A stretch of 64,000 bases of DNA from an uncultured bacterium (GCA_964423645.1 CAYRFE010000004.1:27227-91226), one strand, 5' to 3'. Numbered from the stretch's first letter, positions 48,425 to 59,441 are shown. Notes: generated by a model from the sequence alone, not told the origin. Program-made: numbers and translations.

Positions 48425-49514
48425 ACCATTGGTCGTATTGACGAAGAAGTGCTATTTTTAAATCGGTTATATTCTGTGCGCCTTTCACTGAAACGAAGAC
48501 CGCATTCAAATCACGAAACGCAATACGCATTGAGGTCAGGTCTTCTTCGCTCAACAGATCAATCTTATTGAACACAAAAATTCGCGGTTTTTCATCAACT
48601 TTTAATTCTTTGAGCACGTCATCGACAACACCCATTTTATGAGCCAGTCCCTTACTTCCGACATCAATGACTTCAACGATCAGATCAGCATACCGAAGCT
48701 CGTCAAGCGTCGATTTAAAGGACGCCACCAATTGATGCGGAAGATTGCTAATAAATCCGACCGTATCGGAAATAAGCAGATTGCGCCCATTCGTACCGTC
48801 ATCAATGAATACGGTTCGAGTCGTTGTGTCAAGTGTAGCAAATAACTTATCTTCAATATAAAGATCTTTTTTCGAGAGTAATTTCAAAAGTGACGATTTC
48901 CCCGCATTGGTATACCCGACTATCGATACCGAATAATCGTCGTGACGATTTTTTCGTTGTGTCGTACGTACCGTTTCCAGTTTTTTTAACTTATCTTTTA
49001 AAAATGATATTTTCTTTCGTATTGCCTGACGGTCCATTTCGATCTGTTTTTCTCCGGGGCCACGGAAACCCGATCCGCCTTGTTGTTTGAAAATATGCGT
49101 CCATTGATGACGTAAGCGGGAACGCATGAATTCAAGCTCGGCAAGCTGTACTTGAAGTTTAGCCTCATTGGTGCGAGCATGGCGATCAAATATTTCAAGA
49201 ATGACTTGCTGACGGTCGATAACACTTCGACCAAACAGCTTTTCTAAATTACGTTGCTGAATCGGTGATAAACTCACATTAACGATCACCATTTTAATCT
49301 CTTTGTGTTCTTCAAGATATGCTGCGATCTCATCGCATTTACCTTTACCGAAATAGTGTGCGGCTTCTATTCGATCAGTACGCTGTGAGAACGTTTCGAT
49401 AACGTCCCCACCCCACGTATCGACAAGAGATTCTATTTCGTCTGCAAGCTCGATAGGATCATCTTGTTGTGCAATATGATTGACAATACAACACATTATT
49501 TTTTCTAATGCCAT
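48399..49514 (-). CDS. hflX: GTPase HflX
   Basis: HflX N-terminal domain, then G-domain GYTNAGKSSLL, DTVGF, NKID. Confidence 0.85.
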   Translation of the reverse strand: MALEKIMCCIVNHIAQQDDPIELADEIESLVDTWGGDVIETFSQRTDRIEAAHYFGKGKCDEIAAYLEEHKEIKMVIVNVSLSPIQQRNLEKLFGRSVIDRQQVILEIFDRHARTNEAKLQVQLAELEFMRSRLRHQWTHIFKQQGGSGFRGPGEKQIEMDRQAIRKKISFLKDKLKKLETVRTTQRKNRHDDYSVSIVGYTNAGKSSLLKLLSKKDLYIEDKLFATLDTTTRTVFIDDGTNGRNLLISDTVGFISNLPHQLVASFKSTLDELRYADLIVEVIDVGSKGLAHKMGVVDDVLKELKVDEKPRIFVFNKIDLLSEEDLTSMRIAFRDLNAVFVSVKGAQNITDLKIALLRQYDQWYDSSRNRV

Positions 49515-49530
49515 AGATATTCTCCTGACG

Positions 49531-51915
49531 TTACGTGGTCGATGCAGGCAAGCGGCGGATCATTGCGACAAACATTGAACGATACACAAACTCAAGAGAA
49601 GAAAACACAAACATTCCAAGGATAAAAAACCACATTGATGTCATCATCGCTTGCGTACTGACGACAAGTAGTAATAATACAGCGCATAGGGTGAAAAAAT
49701 TGACTAAAAGACTCTGCATAACCAACGATTTAAAATTCATCGCAATAATCGCCTTTTTAGAAGGCATCAATAAAAGGATCTTCAACGGCTCTGCCATTGC
49801 AAGCAATAATACAAACATTGAGAATAAAAATATATTGAAATGCCCGATGGCGACAACAACAGCCGTATAAAGAGGAATGATCAAATAAAAGGCACAATCT
49901 AAAAAGAATATTTGCACTATTGAATACGTCGCGTCCGGCTCAGCATAAATGCGTATCGAATACACGGTGGAACGAATTATTGATGCAATGATTGAAATCG
50001 CAATACCCGCAAACACAGGCACGATCCATGTCTTGATATTCGTCAGTGGCATGACAAATCCATTGAACGGAAGCGTGATCGCTTGCACAGAGGTGACAAG
50101 TCCCATCATCGACGAATAGATCGTCACGACCGGGATCATAAAAAAACAAGTCCACGACAAAAAAACTGTATAGTCTCTGCGTATATCCGATTTGATCTTT
50201 CGAGAAAGCAACCGTAACAACACTGCACATACCGCAAGCATGCCTATCGAAGCAAATACAGGTACAACGGAAGGCGAATAATAATACGAATCCGACGGGT
50301 TTCCGTCGACCACATGAACAGCCGCAATGCGTGTTGTATGAACCGGTACGCTAAAAAGACGTTGCGGCACACCCTCATCCTGGTCGTTGCCCTTGCCTTT
50401 CTCTTGAACTCGTAATGACATTTCAGGCAATTGAAAATTATTTTTATGAACTCTTAACGACTCATTTTCTTTCACAATGCTATAGTTGAATGCCTCACCG
50501 GTAAGAGCGCGCTCAAATGCATCATACACCGGCGTATCCAATTTTGAAGATAAAAATTGCAATATCGTCGTTGTATCGGGATGTGAATACGAATACAAAC
50601 GCACCATTTCACGAACAATTTCGTCCATCGAATTCTCTGAGATGAGTGACGCAAGCATTGAAATGACAACAGGTGCTTTCACGTATCCGTGAAAACGAGA
50701 TGCTTCATCATAGCGAGTTTGAATAGATGAGTCATTTTTCATTTTAGATTTGCTGTACGCAATATATGCGAGGTCAAAATTTGAATACTTGATAGGACCG
50801 ATCACACGACTTCCGCGAAGCCTGTCAAGACGAAATTCATAATACGATGTCCATCCTTCATCAAGCCACGGTTCATCGGTTTCATTAAATCCGATCACAC
50901 CATAAAACCATTGATGCGCAATCTCATGATCGATCGCACGCCCCATGAGTGACATACGTGACGTAACTTGAATAAGTGAGGGATATTCCATACCGCCGGC
51001 ATCAATACCGAACGAATCAAGCTCAACGATCGTCAATTCATCATATGGATAGTGACCTATCCATGAACTCAAATGCTCAAGTGCAAACCGTGCCCTTGTC
51101 ATAACAAATTCGGTTTGAGCGGCTGAAGGTGCCCGTGAACGTACATAACGGATCGGAACAGAGTTCCACGAGTTTTTCGAGATATAAAAAGACGAAGAAA
51201 AACCAAATGTACAATCATGAATACGGGTCCCTGCAAAGGCATAAAGGATTCGTTCGTTTTCGGCGAGCGTACTGATCGTTTTTAAATTCGCGACAACCGA
51301 CAATTGAGACGGTATGGATACGCGAAGTGTATAATCGCTGTAATCAGAAAAAAACTCCGTATAATATCGCGCGGGCTCGCACAACCAGGTATTTTCGGCT
51401 CGTAACACGCCAATCTTGGGGAACCATTGCGAAAACCATGTTATACCGTCAGATTCATGATATCCGTAGCGTAACACACGCTGCGGAACCCTTGCTGAAT
51501 ACTTCATGGTAATTATGTATTTTTTTTTTGCCGAAAACCCACCGGGAGCAATTATACGATAGACACTCGGATCGGTATGCTGCTCTGCTGATACAGAATC
51601 ACCGTTTACAGCAAGCGAATCCAACATAACCCCGGGATAATTAAGTGCACGGACCGTGTCTTGGAATTGGCGGGGAGCTCCCTTGATAAGCTCTGATTCT
51701 TTTTTCAATCCATTCCAATAGACATGAAATAAAATGTGGTCCGTATTAAATTCCGGCACAAAAACGACAGTTTGTAAGGCAGAGAACGACTTCCCGTCAT
51801 CTGCTATCGTTACATCTATTTCATACGACACCGTACTTTCCGCAAAGAGCGAAAAGACACAAAGCAAACTACTCGATACGGTAATTAGGAGCTTCTTTAG
51901 TAATCTGCACATCAT
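49531..51915 (-). CDS. M1-family zinc metallopeptidase fused to a C-terminal polytopic membrane domain
   Basis: Signal peptide. HEIAHQWFYG...WLDEGWTSY matches HEXXH-x18-E of gluzincins/M1. The last roughly 280 aa contain about 8 hydrophobic helices (ABC-2 permease-like). Confidence 0.65.
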   Translation of the reverse strand: MMCRLLKKLLITVSSSLLCVFSLFAESTVSYEIDVTIADDGKSFSALQTVVFVPEFNTDHILFHVYWNGLKKESELIKGAPRQFQDTVRALNYPGVMLDSLAVNGDSVSAEQHTDPSVYRIIAPGGFSAKKKYIITMKYSARVPQRVLRYGYHESDGITWFSQWFPKIGVLRAENTWLCEPARYYTEFFSDYSDYTLRVSIPSQLSVVANLKTISTLAENERILYAFAGTRIHDCTFGFSSSFYISKNSWNSVPIRYVRSRAPSAAQTEFVMTRARFALEHLSSWIGHYPYDELTIVELDSFGIDAGGMEYPSLIQVTSRMSLMGRAIDHEIAHQWFYGVIGFNETDEPWLDEGWTSYYEFRLDRLRGSRVIGPIKYSNFDLAYIAYSKSKMKNDSSIQTRYDEASRFHGYVKAPVVISMLASLISENSMDEIVREMVRLYSYSHPDTTTILQFLSSKLDTPVYDAFERALTGEAFNYSIVKENESLRVHKNNFQLPEMSLRVQEKGKGNDQDEGVPQRLFSVPVHTTRIAAVHVVDGNPSDSYYYSPSVVPVFASIGMLAVCAVLLRLLSRKIKSDIRRDYTVFLSWTCFFMIPVVTIYSSMMGLVTSVQAITLPFNGFVMPLTNIKTWIVPVFAGIAISIIASIIRSTVYSIRIYAEPDATYSIVQIFFLDCAFYLIIPLYTAVVVAIGHFNIFLFSMFVLLLAMAEPLKILLLMPSKKAIIAMNFKSLVMQSLLVNFFTLCAVLLLLVVSTQAMMTSMWFFILGMFVFSSLEFVYRSMFVAMIRRLPASTT

Positions 51916-53332
51916 GCGGATGCCCTTCTTTCAGGCTTGCAAACGTTATTTTTACAAACCGCGCTTTTTCATGAAGCTCAGCTATGGTTTTTGCCCCGCA
52001 ATAACCCATACCGGAACGAAGTCCTCCGACAAGCTGATATAATATTTCACAAACTTTTCCTTTATATGCGACACGTCCTTCAATACCTTCCGGTACGAAT
52101 TTTGATTCTTCTTGAACATCTCCCTGAAAATAACGATCCTTACTGCCCTTTTTCATCGCGCTCAATGAACCCATTCCGCGATATGTTTTATAGCTTCTCC
52201 CCTGGAAAATGATGAGTTCACCGGGGGCTTCTTCGGTCCCGGCAAGTAAATTACCTAACATGACCGTATGTGCTCCCGCGGCAAGGGCTTTTACGATATC
52301 ACCGGAAAAGCGAACACCTCCGTCGCCTATGACCGGTATACCCGCGTCAGCGGCATAGGAAACTACCTCCATGATCGCCGAAAGCTGTGGCATTCCGACT
52401 CCCGCAACAACGCGGGTCGTGCATATTGATCCCGGTCCGATACCTACTTTGAGCCCGTCTGCGCCAGCATCAATAAGTGCTTTTGCCGCTTCCTTTGTAG
52501 CAATATTTCCTGCAATAATGTCGATAGAAACGTTTTTTTTCAGATTACGAACGGTTTCAATGACATTTTTACTATGCCCGTGTGCAGTATCAACGATTAC
52601 GGTATCAACACCGGCATCGATCAGATATTGCACGCGTTTAAATGCATCATCCAATATTCCGACCGCAGCACCTGCGCGAAGTCTGCCGTGTGCATCTTTA
52701 CACGCTTGCGGAAAATCAATGTTTTTTTGAATGTCCTTTACGGTGATTAACCCCTTAAGATTGAAATCTTTGTCAACAACAAGAATTTTCTCTATGCGAT
52801 GTTCATGCAATTTTCTTTTTGCTTCTTCGATCGTAGCCCCTTCCAGAAGCGTCACAAGACGCGGAGCCGGGGTCATGATTGTCTCGATTGTTTTGGTCGG
52901 ATCTGCCGCAAAACGAAGATCACGGCTTGTGACAATACCTTTTAACTCGTTACCCACGGTTATGGGAAATCCCGAGATACCGTATCGTTTCATATTTTCA
53001 TGAGCGGTACCGATGGTATCGGTTGGTTTTAATGTGATAGGATTCGTGATCATTCCACTTTCAAAACGCTTGACTTTATCGACCTCAAGCGCTTGCTGTT
53101 CCGGCGGCATATTCTTATGTACAATGCCGATACCGCCTTCAGCCGCGACTGCTATCGCAAGCTCAGACTCGGTAACGGTATCCATCGCCGCACTGATAAT
53201 GGGAATATTAAGCGTAATGTTCCGTGTAAGTTTAGTCCGAATGTCAGCCTCGTGAGGCATCACATCGGAAGCTTGCGGTACTAATAATACGTCATCAAAA
53301 GTCAGTGCCTCGCGCTCTATTTTATTCGACAT
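51869..53332 (-). CDS. guaB: IMP dehydrogenase
   Basis: CBS pair, catalytic loop GIGPGSICTTR, GGVRFSGDIVKA. Start at MSNKIEREALTFDDVLLVP (ATG 53332, RBS GGGAGG). Confidence 0.9.
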   Translation of the reverse strand: MSNKIEREALTFDDVLLVPQASDVMPHEADIRTKLTRNITLNIPIISAAMDTVTESELAIAVAAEGGIGIVHKNMPPEQQALEVDKVKRFESGMITNPITLKPTDTIGTAHENMKRYGISGFPITVGNELKGIVTSRDLRFAADPTKTIETIMTPAPRLVTLLEGATIEEAKRKLHEHRIEKILVVDKDFNLKGLITVKDIQKNIDFPQACKDAHGRLRAGAAVGILDDAFKRVQYLIDAGVDTVIVDTAHGHSKNVIETVRNLKKNVSIDIIAGNIATKEAAKALIDAGADGLKVGIGPGSICTTRVVAGVGMPQLSAIMEVVSYAADAGIPVIGDGGVRFSGDIVKALAAGAHTVMLGNLLAGTEEAPGELIIFQGRSYKTYRGMGSLSAMKKGSKDRYFQGDVQEESKFVPEGIEGRVAYKGKVCEILYQLVGGLRSGMGYCGAKTIAELHEKARFVKITFASLKEGHPHDVQITKEAPNYRIE

Positions 53333-53356
53333 GGAAACCTCCCGGTTATAAAGAAA

Positions 53357-53429
<73 letters not shown>

Positions 53430-53500
53430 TTTGAGGTGTACTATACGAAAAAATCGCAAATTGTCAAGTAAAATGTCGAATATGCGCGAATTTATTTATC

Positions 53501-53590
53501 GAGATCTTTGCGAAATTCAAAATTACTAAATATTCTTTATTCTCTAAAAAAGAGGAGTCGGGACACAAATATTGTAGTATTTTTTTGAGA
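53501..53590. repeat. REP/MITE-like element copy (left portion)
   Basis: gagatctttgcgaaattcaaaatt...taaaaaagaggagtcgggacacaaatattgtag, homologous to 29957-30045. Confidence 0.6.
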
Positions 53591-53694
53591 TACTCCGTAG
53601 CTTGCTGTGGGTCAGTCCTTTAACCATAAAATAAAAAATTCCTCTTCTTCATTTTTTTTCTTGACATATAAGAATATGCTTATATACTTAACAC

Positions 53695-53979
53695 ATGAAG
53701 ACGAATACCGATTACATACTCTGGGCTGAAAAGCTGAAGGCGATCGCGCATCCGGTTCGTTTGGTGATCCTACATCGCCTTATGAGAGGATCTTTTACCC
53801 CGCAGGATATTATGGATGAGTTTGAAATAAGTCAGCCTGCCGTTTCACAACACATTGCGGTTATGCGTCGTTTGGGCATAATCCGTTGTAAAAAGAAAGG
53901 CATCATGATGTGTTACGGTATCGTTGACCCGGCAATAACAGAAGTATTACAAGTGGTTTTAACAGAAAAAGGAGGATAA
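53695..53979 (+). CDS. ArsR/SmtB family transcriptional regulator
   Basis: HPVRLVILHRL...ISQPAVSQHIAVMRRLGII winged HTH. Confidence 0.8.
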   Translation: MKTNTDYILWAEKLKAIAHPVRLVILHRLMRGSFTPQDIMDEFEISQPAVSQHIAVMRRLGIIRCKKKGIMMCYGIVDPAITEVLQVVLTEKGG

Positions 53980-53981
53980 CT

Positions 53982-54215
53982 ATGGCAACTATTACTATCT
54001 ATTCGACCCCGACCTGTACTTACTGCAAAATGGCGAAAAGCTATCTTTCGCAAAAGAATGTTTCTTACTCTGATTTCGACGTATCAAAAGATCAGGCAAA
54101 AGCTGAAGAAATGGTACGTAAATCCGGTCAAATGGGCGTGCCCGTCATTGACATCGACGGCAAGATCATCGTCGGCTTCAACAAACCTGAAATCGACAAA
54201 CTTCTCGGGTTGTAA
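53982..54215 (+). CDS. Glutaredoxin-like protein (NrdH/YruB type)
   Basis: ITIYSTPTCTYCKMAK CxxC active site. 77 aa thioredoxin fold. Starts 3 nt after the arsR stop. Confidence 0.75.
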   Translation: MATITIYSTPTCTYCKMAKSYLSQKNVSYSDFDVSKDQAKAEEMVRKSGQMGVPVIDIDGKIIVGFNKPEIDKLLGL

Positions 54216-54224
54216 TCATTGATA

Positions 54225-54259
54225 AGTCAGAAGTATTGTATGCTTCTGACTTTTTTTTA
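54225..54259 (+). terminator. Rho-independent terminator after the grx-like gene
   Basis: agtcagaag-tattgtatg-cttctgact followed by T8. Confidence 0.6.
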
Positions 54260-54290
54260 TCATTTTAAAGCGTATCATGCTAAAATAAAT

Positions 54291-54827
54291 TCAGATCGTA
54301 AAAGGCCATTCGCCCCAGTAAGTGATAGGATAGAATTCGGCGATCGACATCCCGACGACACGCACAGAAAAAGGTTCAAACCCATCGACCAATAATTGAA
54401 CCGCCCGAGAGGCTTGGGATATTTCCTCAAGAATTGCCAGCGTGCAGTGAGGAATCCATTGTCCGAGCTGATAATACGGCCATTTGCTCAAACTCAATTC
54501 ATCACAGCATGCGTGCACCTTTTGATTGAGCATGATCAGCGTTTCAGACATCGGCGCAGCACAAAAAACAGGGATATCAGTGACGGAAAAAACTCCGATA
54601 TGGCTGAATTTTAACTCAAACGGTTTCATTCCATTGCTTAAATCGGCAATATGGGCTTCAATTCGTTGTCGATCGGAAATTGAATTATACACCGCGAGAG
54701 TAATATGCGGAATTGCATTTTCTACAGTGTTGAGCGAGGGAATCCCCGCATCCGTAAGCCTATCCCAATAACGTTTTATGGCGTGATTGCCGTCATCGTC
54801 AAAAATAAGTTCAACCGCTATCGGCAT
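54291..54827 (-). CDS. 2H phosphoesterase superfamily protein (LigT/2'-5' RNA ligase-like)
   Basis: Two H-x-T-x motifs, IPHITLAVY and IPHCTLAIL, at the expected spacing. Confidence 0.7.
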   Translation of the reverse strand: MPIAVELIFDDDGNHAIKRYWDRLTDAGIPSLNTVENAIPHITLAVYNSISDRQRIEAHIADLSNGMKPFELKFSHIGVFSVTDIPVFCAAPMSETLIMLNQKVHACCDELSLSKWPYYQLGQWIPHCTLAILEEISQASRAVQLLVDGFEPFSVRVVGMSIAEFYPITYWGEWPFTI

Positions 54828-54830
54828 GGC

Positions 54831-55703
54831 TCATTCTTCTTCACTATAATCATCGTCGTCACTTGGTGCATCATCCGGTGTGAACCAACCGGGTGAATAA
54901 TTATACTTACCCGTTGAAAAGCTTATGCTCAGCGTATTGTCATCATACCCTTTTCGCGCAAATTCATACGAAAGACTCAGCATGTATCCTTTTATCGATA
55001 CGCTTTTACCGACAACCCACCGAGAGTCCGCGGTATACCCCACTCGCAAGGAAAGAAAATCTTTCAAATTGTATTCTACGCCACCGCTTACCTGTGAATC
55101 ATCGTCATCATATAAGTGTGCATTCACGGTCAAACCTATTTTTTCCATCGGCTTATATCCTGCGCCGATTATCATGCTCCATGGTTCAGGCGCTCCATTA
55201 ATTTCGGGTGCCATGACATTTTTCCATGTATAACCGATTGCAAGATTATCACGCGCCATCATGAGAAAACCGACATCGATACCTTCATCAACGTCACCGG
55301 CGCTCTCCTGCCAACGAAAACTAGTTCCTATGCTCAGCATTTCTCCGAAAGGTAATTGATCGAATGAACGTGAGAACGTGATAGTTTTATTATTTATATC
55401 CAGATATCTGTTTTGAATATGTGAATATGATACTCCGGCGAATGTAACATTCCACGAATAACTATGCAAATCTTTTCGATCCTGAGAAACAAAATAATTA
55501 AAATTAAAAAAACTGTTTCCCGCATAACACTTGACGATACCGGGGTATGCAGGATTGATCATGACGCTTTGATTGACCGACCACGGGTAGGCGACCGACG
55601 AACCGCCCAAGGATTCGTTGAACGCTGACCCTGATAGTGAAAGTGCGTGAATAGAAAAAGAAAAAAAGACCACAAGCACCGCGCCGACAACGTTACATTT
55701 CAT
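54831..55703 (-). CDS. Outer-membrane beta-barrel-like protein with acidic C-terminal tail, hypothetical
   Basis: Signal peptide. Alternating beta-strand pattern rich in Y/F/W. C-terminal DDAPSDDDDYSEEE. Stop is 4 nt from the LigT-like start. Confidence 0.4.
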   Translation of the reverse strand: MKCNVVGAVLVVFFSFSIHALSLSGSAFNESLGGSSVAYPWSVNQSVMINPAYPGIVKCYAGNSFFNFNYFVSQDRKDLHSYSWNVTFAGVSYSHIQNRYLDINNKTITFSRSFDQLPFGEMLSIGTSFRWQESAGDVDEGIDVGFLMMARDNLAIGYTWKNVMAPEINGAPEPWSMIIGAGYKPMEKIGLTVNAHLYDDDDSQVSGGVEYNLKDFLSLRVGYTADSRWVVGKSVSIKGYMLSLSYEFARKGYDDNTLSISFSTGKYNYSPGWFTPDDAPSDDDDYSEEE

Positions 55704-55942
55704 AATTCAACCTCCGAAAAAAACATACAACTCATTTATTACGCAAAATCCTTCATAAGTATAGCATACGTGAAGGTTTTATCAAGACAAGGTTTTTTCA
55801 AAAACGCCCTCCCGTATCTTTACCGTCTGATACTCCTTCTATCGTAACAAAGTACAGAACCTTTTGTATCTTCTACATTATCGTTTTTCACTCGTTGGTT
55901 CGCACTCGAATCACACGTAATCACAAATGTTTCGTTGTGCAA

Positions 55943-56680
55943 TTACTCATACGAGACAGAATCTAAAAATAAACCGTGAGCCGGAGCGGTCTGACCGGCA
56001 AATTGACGGCTTTTTGCCTCAAACATTGCATCGATACAGTCGGCATATCGCTCACCCCAACCGATCTCGATAAGGGTCCCCGCCATAATTCGAACCATGT
56101 TGTATAAAAACCCGTCGCCTTCAAAAATAATTTCCACACAATGTTCATTTTCGACAATTTCTGCAGTATAAATAGTGCGCATTGCTTTGTTTTTTGCCTT
56201 ATCAGACGTAAATGATGTAAAATCATGCTTCCCTAAAAATGAAAGGGCTGCGGTGCGCATATCTTCAATATTCAGTTTTTCTGCCACATGCCATGCATAA
56301 TGTCGTTCAAATACATTCGGATACTGCCCGTTATCAATGCGGTAGATATATCGTTTCCGTTTCGCATGAAGACGAGCGTGAAAATTATCCGCCATTTCTT
56401 CGGCATTAAATATCACAATATCATTGGGCAGATACGTATATGCAAACTCAAGTATCGCCTGGCATGTCACCTCGGATCTTGTCTTAAAATGTGCAACTTG
56501 CGCATATGCGTGAGCACCGGCATCAGTTCTTCCCGAACCGTGGATCTCGATCTTTTCACCCGTGCATCGCGTCAGCACCGCTTCGATTTTACCTTGTATC
56601 GTCTTATCACTGTCGCCTAAACGTTGCCACCCGCGATATTTCGTACCATCATATGAAACAGTGATCTTGATGGTTCTCAT
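55943..56680 (-). CDS. truA: tRNA pseudouridine(38-40) synthase
   Basis: MRTIKITVSYDGTKYRGWQRL and GSGRTDAGAHAYAQV catalytic Asp motif. Start at ATG 56680. Confidence 0.85.
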   Translation of the reverse strand: MRTIKITVSYDGTKYRGWQRLGDSDKTIQGKIEAVLTRCTGEKIEIHGSGRTDAGAHAYAQVAHFKTRSEVTCQAILEFAYTYLPNDIVIFNAEEMADNFHARLHAKRKRYIYRIDNGQYPNVFERHYAWHVAEKLNIEDMRTAALSFLGKHDFTSFTSDKAKNKAMRTIYTAEIVENEHCVEIIFEGDGFLYNMVRIMAGTLIEIGWGERYADCIDAMFEAKSRQFAGQTAPAHGLFLDSVSYE

Positions 56681-56681
56681 A

Positions 56682-57674
56682 TTATTTGGTCCACCGGTGT
56701 GCTTCGATTTGATATTCGTAGTAATATTTTCGCTCCTGTTCTCCGGGGCGTTTTGAACCGCCACCGATTTTGATCATTTTCCCATATATCGTCACTTTCG
56801 TCTTTTCGGGTATCTCCTCTTTGCTGTACACCACAAATTGTCCAATGTCTGTATCAACATACTGACTGAACGGATATGCCTCATTCATGGCGATCATATG
56901 TTGATTGATAAGCCCGGTGATCTCTCCCTGAAACATAACATATCGATTTTCAAGCGATGAAAATGATCCCGTGATCAATCGATATCGACGCAATATGCTG
57001 TGTGAGGGGATATAATGCATCACTTTCGGTGCCTCGTCAAGATGCCATTCAATTTCATCCTCATGCTTCTTGACTCCACGCACACGACCTCTCATTTCAT
57101 CTTTCTTTTCAGAATAACCATACATGGTCTGTATGGTCAAAAGCAAATCACCGTTCTTTTGTACGGTTCCGATTATAGAATAATCGCCGCCTTTCATATC
57201 TGAAGCATCTATTCTCGACGCATCATCGTTCACGAAAGAATGATGCCCTTCTATACGCGTACCTGTCTGATAGAGAGTAATATCAAAAGAGCCCTGCGCC
57301 GGTTCGACGCTCCATTGCCCGGTGTAATCGGGAAGAAATATCCCTTTGCATGCAACAGAACGTTTCCCGCGAAGCATTTTTCCATTGAACATCTGCTTGT
57401 TTTTCACTCCCTCGACCTGCCCCCATACGGAATCAGTTTCATCGGTAATCGTAAAAGAAAAAAAATCCTCTTTGATAATTCCTGAAAGTGACAGATCGGT
57501 GCGCCAAGAGTCATCAGACACCACGCCGTATAACTTGCCGTCAGTTTCGGTAATTTTAGCAGAAACAACCTCATCCCCGGTATCAAGTTCCAATTGATAC
57601 ACCGTCATAGCATAACCTCCCGATGTCAAAAACAAAACACACCATATGCATATCACTACGATTCGATGTTTCAT
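56682..57674 (-). CDS. Secreted/lipoprotein, hypothetical
   Basis: Start at ATG 57674 (MKHRIVVICIWCVLFLTSGGYAM). No recognisable domain. Confidence 0.45.
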   Translation of the reverse strand: MKHRIVVICIWCVLFLTSGGYAMTVYQLELDTGDEVVSAKITETDGKLYGVVSDDSWRTDLSLSGIIKEDFFSFTITDETDSVWGQVEGVKNKQMFNGKMLRGKRSVACKGIFLPDYTGQWSVEPAQGSFDITLYQTGTRIEGHHSFVNDDASRIDASDMKGGDYSIIGTVQKNGDLLLTIQTMYGYSEKKDEMRGRVRGVKKHEDEIEWHLDEAPKVMHYIPSHSILRRYRLITGSFSSLENRYVMFQGEITGLINQHMIAMNEAYPFSQYVDTDIGQFVVYSKEEIPEKTKVTIYGKMIKIGGGSKRPGEQERKYYYEYQIEAHRWTK

Positions 57675-57957
57675 ATTTACCCCCAAATTCTTATCTACGT
57701 CATTCTTCATGAAGTATACGTGTATTTGCATGCTTTTGCAAGTGTGCCTTTGTTGTATTGAACAATTTATCCGCAATGTTGTGTAAAAGAATCATTTTGC
57801 CACCCCATCATCACGGACCAAACCGACAACGAATATGTGATGACTTCCGTTTTTTTATGAAAACAGATTTTTTATCAATCCCGCAACGTTTTTCGCATCG
57901 CACAACTGCTGCATACGTCGAGTGTGAATTATATATCGCATTGTTTTATGACGTATC

Positions 57958-58065
57958 GAGCCCTTTGCGAAATTCGAATTTTTTCATTTTCTATTTTTCA
58001 TAAAGAGGAGTGTGGGGATGAAATCCACACTATATAACAATTGTTTGCTATCCCCTCTCCCCGCA
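57958..58065. repeat. REP/MITE-like element copy
   Basis: gagccctttgcgaaattcgaattttttcattttctatttttcataaagaggagtgtggggatgaaatccacactatataacaattg...cccctctccccgcac. Confidence 0.6.
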
Positions 58066-58274
58066 CTTATTTTCATGGGAGAAAGAAAATGCGGAAAAAT
58101 CAAACTTTATAAAGACCTGAAAGTTGTGAAACAATTCGTGCACCTTTTTATCATGATTCACCCAATTGCATCTTCAAGATTTTATTCACACACATTTCAT
58201 CGCGTCATATACATATTTCACATCAATTGCATTGACAACCACACTTAAAATCAGTAAACTGACCATACAAAATC

Positions 58275-59390
58275 ATGAAAAAAAACACGCCGACACCCTA
58301 CTTGAACGATTTGAATCGTTTCACATCCTTCTTCATACGCGCATGGCATGATGCCAATGCTCATGAGAATAAGAAAGACTCGTTGTCGACAAAAGATATT
58401 CGAGAGATTGCCCTTCGCGTCGAAGAACTTTCAAAAGGATTAACACGAGAACGGAATTTGATAGGAAGCCGATATATGAATGATACACAAAATCGCACGG
58501 CGTACCTTATCTATTTTTGGCAAATTTCATATATTCAAGCGCGTATCGCGCTGGAACAGCTGTCATTTAAACCTCAACATGCACTTGATCTGGGTTGTGG
58601 CCCCGGACCGGTTTCAATGGCATTGGCTGATTGTGGCGCGGATGTTGTTGCTGCAGATTACAGCAAAGATGCACTTACGATGGCGCGCGACATTGCTCAA
58701 TTTGCACATAAAAACATACGTTTTATCTCGTGGGATGCTATCAAGAATCCATTGCCTGAGGGACGTTACGATTGTATCACGATAAGTCATCTTCTTAATG
58801 AACTATGGGAAACCTCTGCACGGGTAGAGTTACGAGCTGATCTCATCGATACCGCAGGTGAATTACTGACTCCGAACGGAAGACTGATAATAATCGAACC
58901 GGCTCTTCTTGCGACTTCGCGCGAGACTCTTCAAATGCGAGATGAATTGACAAAACGCGGTTGGTTTATACAATATCCGTGTCCGGGAGAATATCCCTGC
59001 CCGGCATTGAATGCTGAAACCGGCATGTGTCATACCGCATTTTCTTATGAAAAAACGCCCTTATTAGAATCAATTATACGCAATACGAGTTTTAAAAAAG
59101 AATTTATCACAATGACATTACTTATCATAGGGCGTCATCCGATACCCCATACTCCCGCTCACGTACGCGTAGTCTCGGAAATCATGACCACGAAAAACGG
59201 TCGTTACAGGATCATTTTATGCGGGAACGGAAAACGGATATCATTATCGGTCGCTCACACTGCCACACCCTCGCTACTCGAGCAGTTTCGCTCACTTTCT
59301 CGCGGAGATCTCATCGCTATTCATAACGCTGAAATGAGGGAAAACGGCATGGGACTTATCGAAAACTCTCTAATAGAAAAAATCCAATAA
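58275..59390 (+). CDS. Class I SAM-dependent methyltransferase with Cys-rich C-terminal region (Rsm22-like?)
   Basis: ALDLGCGPGPVSMALADCGADVVAADYS motif I. Later QYPCPGEYPCPALNAETGMCH cysteine cluster. Confidence 0.55.
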   Translation: MKKNTPTPYLNDLNRFTSFFIRAWHDANAHENKKDSLSTKDIREIALRVEELSKGLTRERNLIGSRYMNDTQNRTAYLIYFWQISYIQARIALEQLSFKPQHALDLGCGPGPVSMALADCGADVVAADYSKDALTMARDIAQFAHKNIRFISWDAIKNPLPEGRYDCITISHLLNELWETSARVELRADLIDTAGELLTPNGRLIIIEPALLATSRETLQMRDELTKRGWFIQYPCPGEYPCPALNAETGMCHTAFSYEKTPLLESIIRNTSFKKEFITMTLLIIGRHPIPHTPAHVRVVSEIMTTKNGRYRIILCGNGKRISLSVAHTATPSLLEQFRSLSRGDLIAIHNAEMRENGMGLIENSLIEKIQ

Positions 59391-59441
59391 TCACGACGGC
59401 AGCACAGCATAATCATTTTATTGTATAACTACTCAAGGCTT

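Noticed and set aside
57758-58248. Plus-strand ORFs 57758-58003, 58012-58248 and 58166-58351
   Set aside because: They span the REP/MITE-like copy at 57958-58065 and low-complexity sequence. No RBS. They are likely non-coding.
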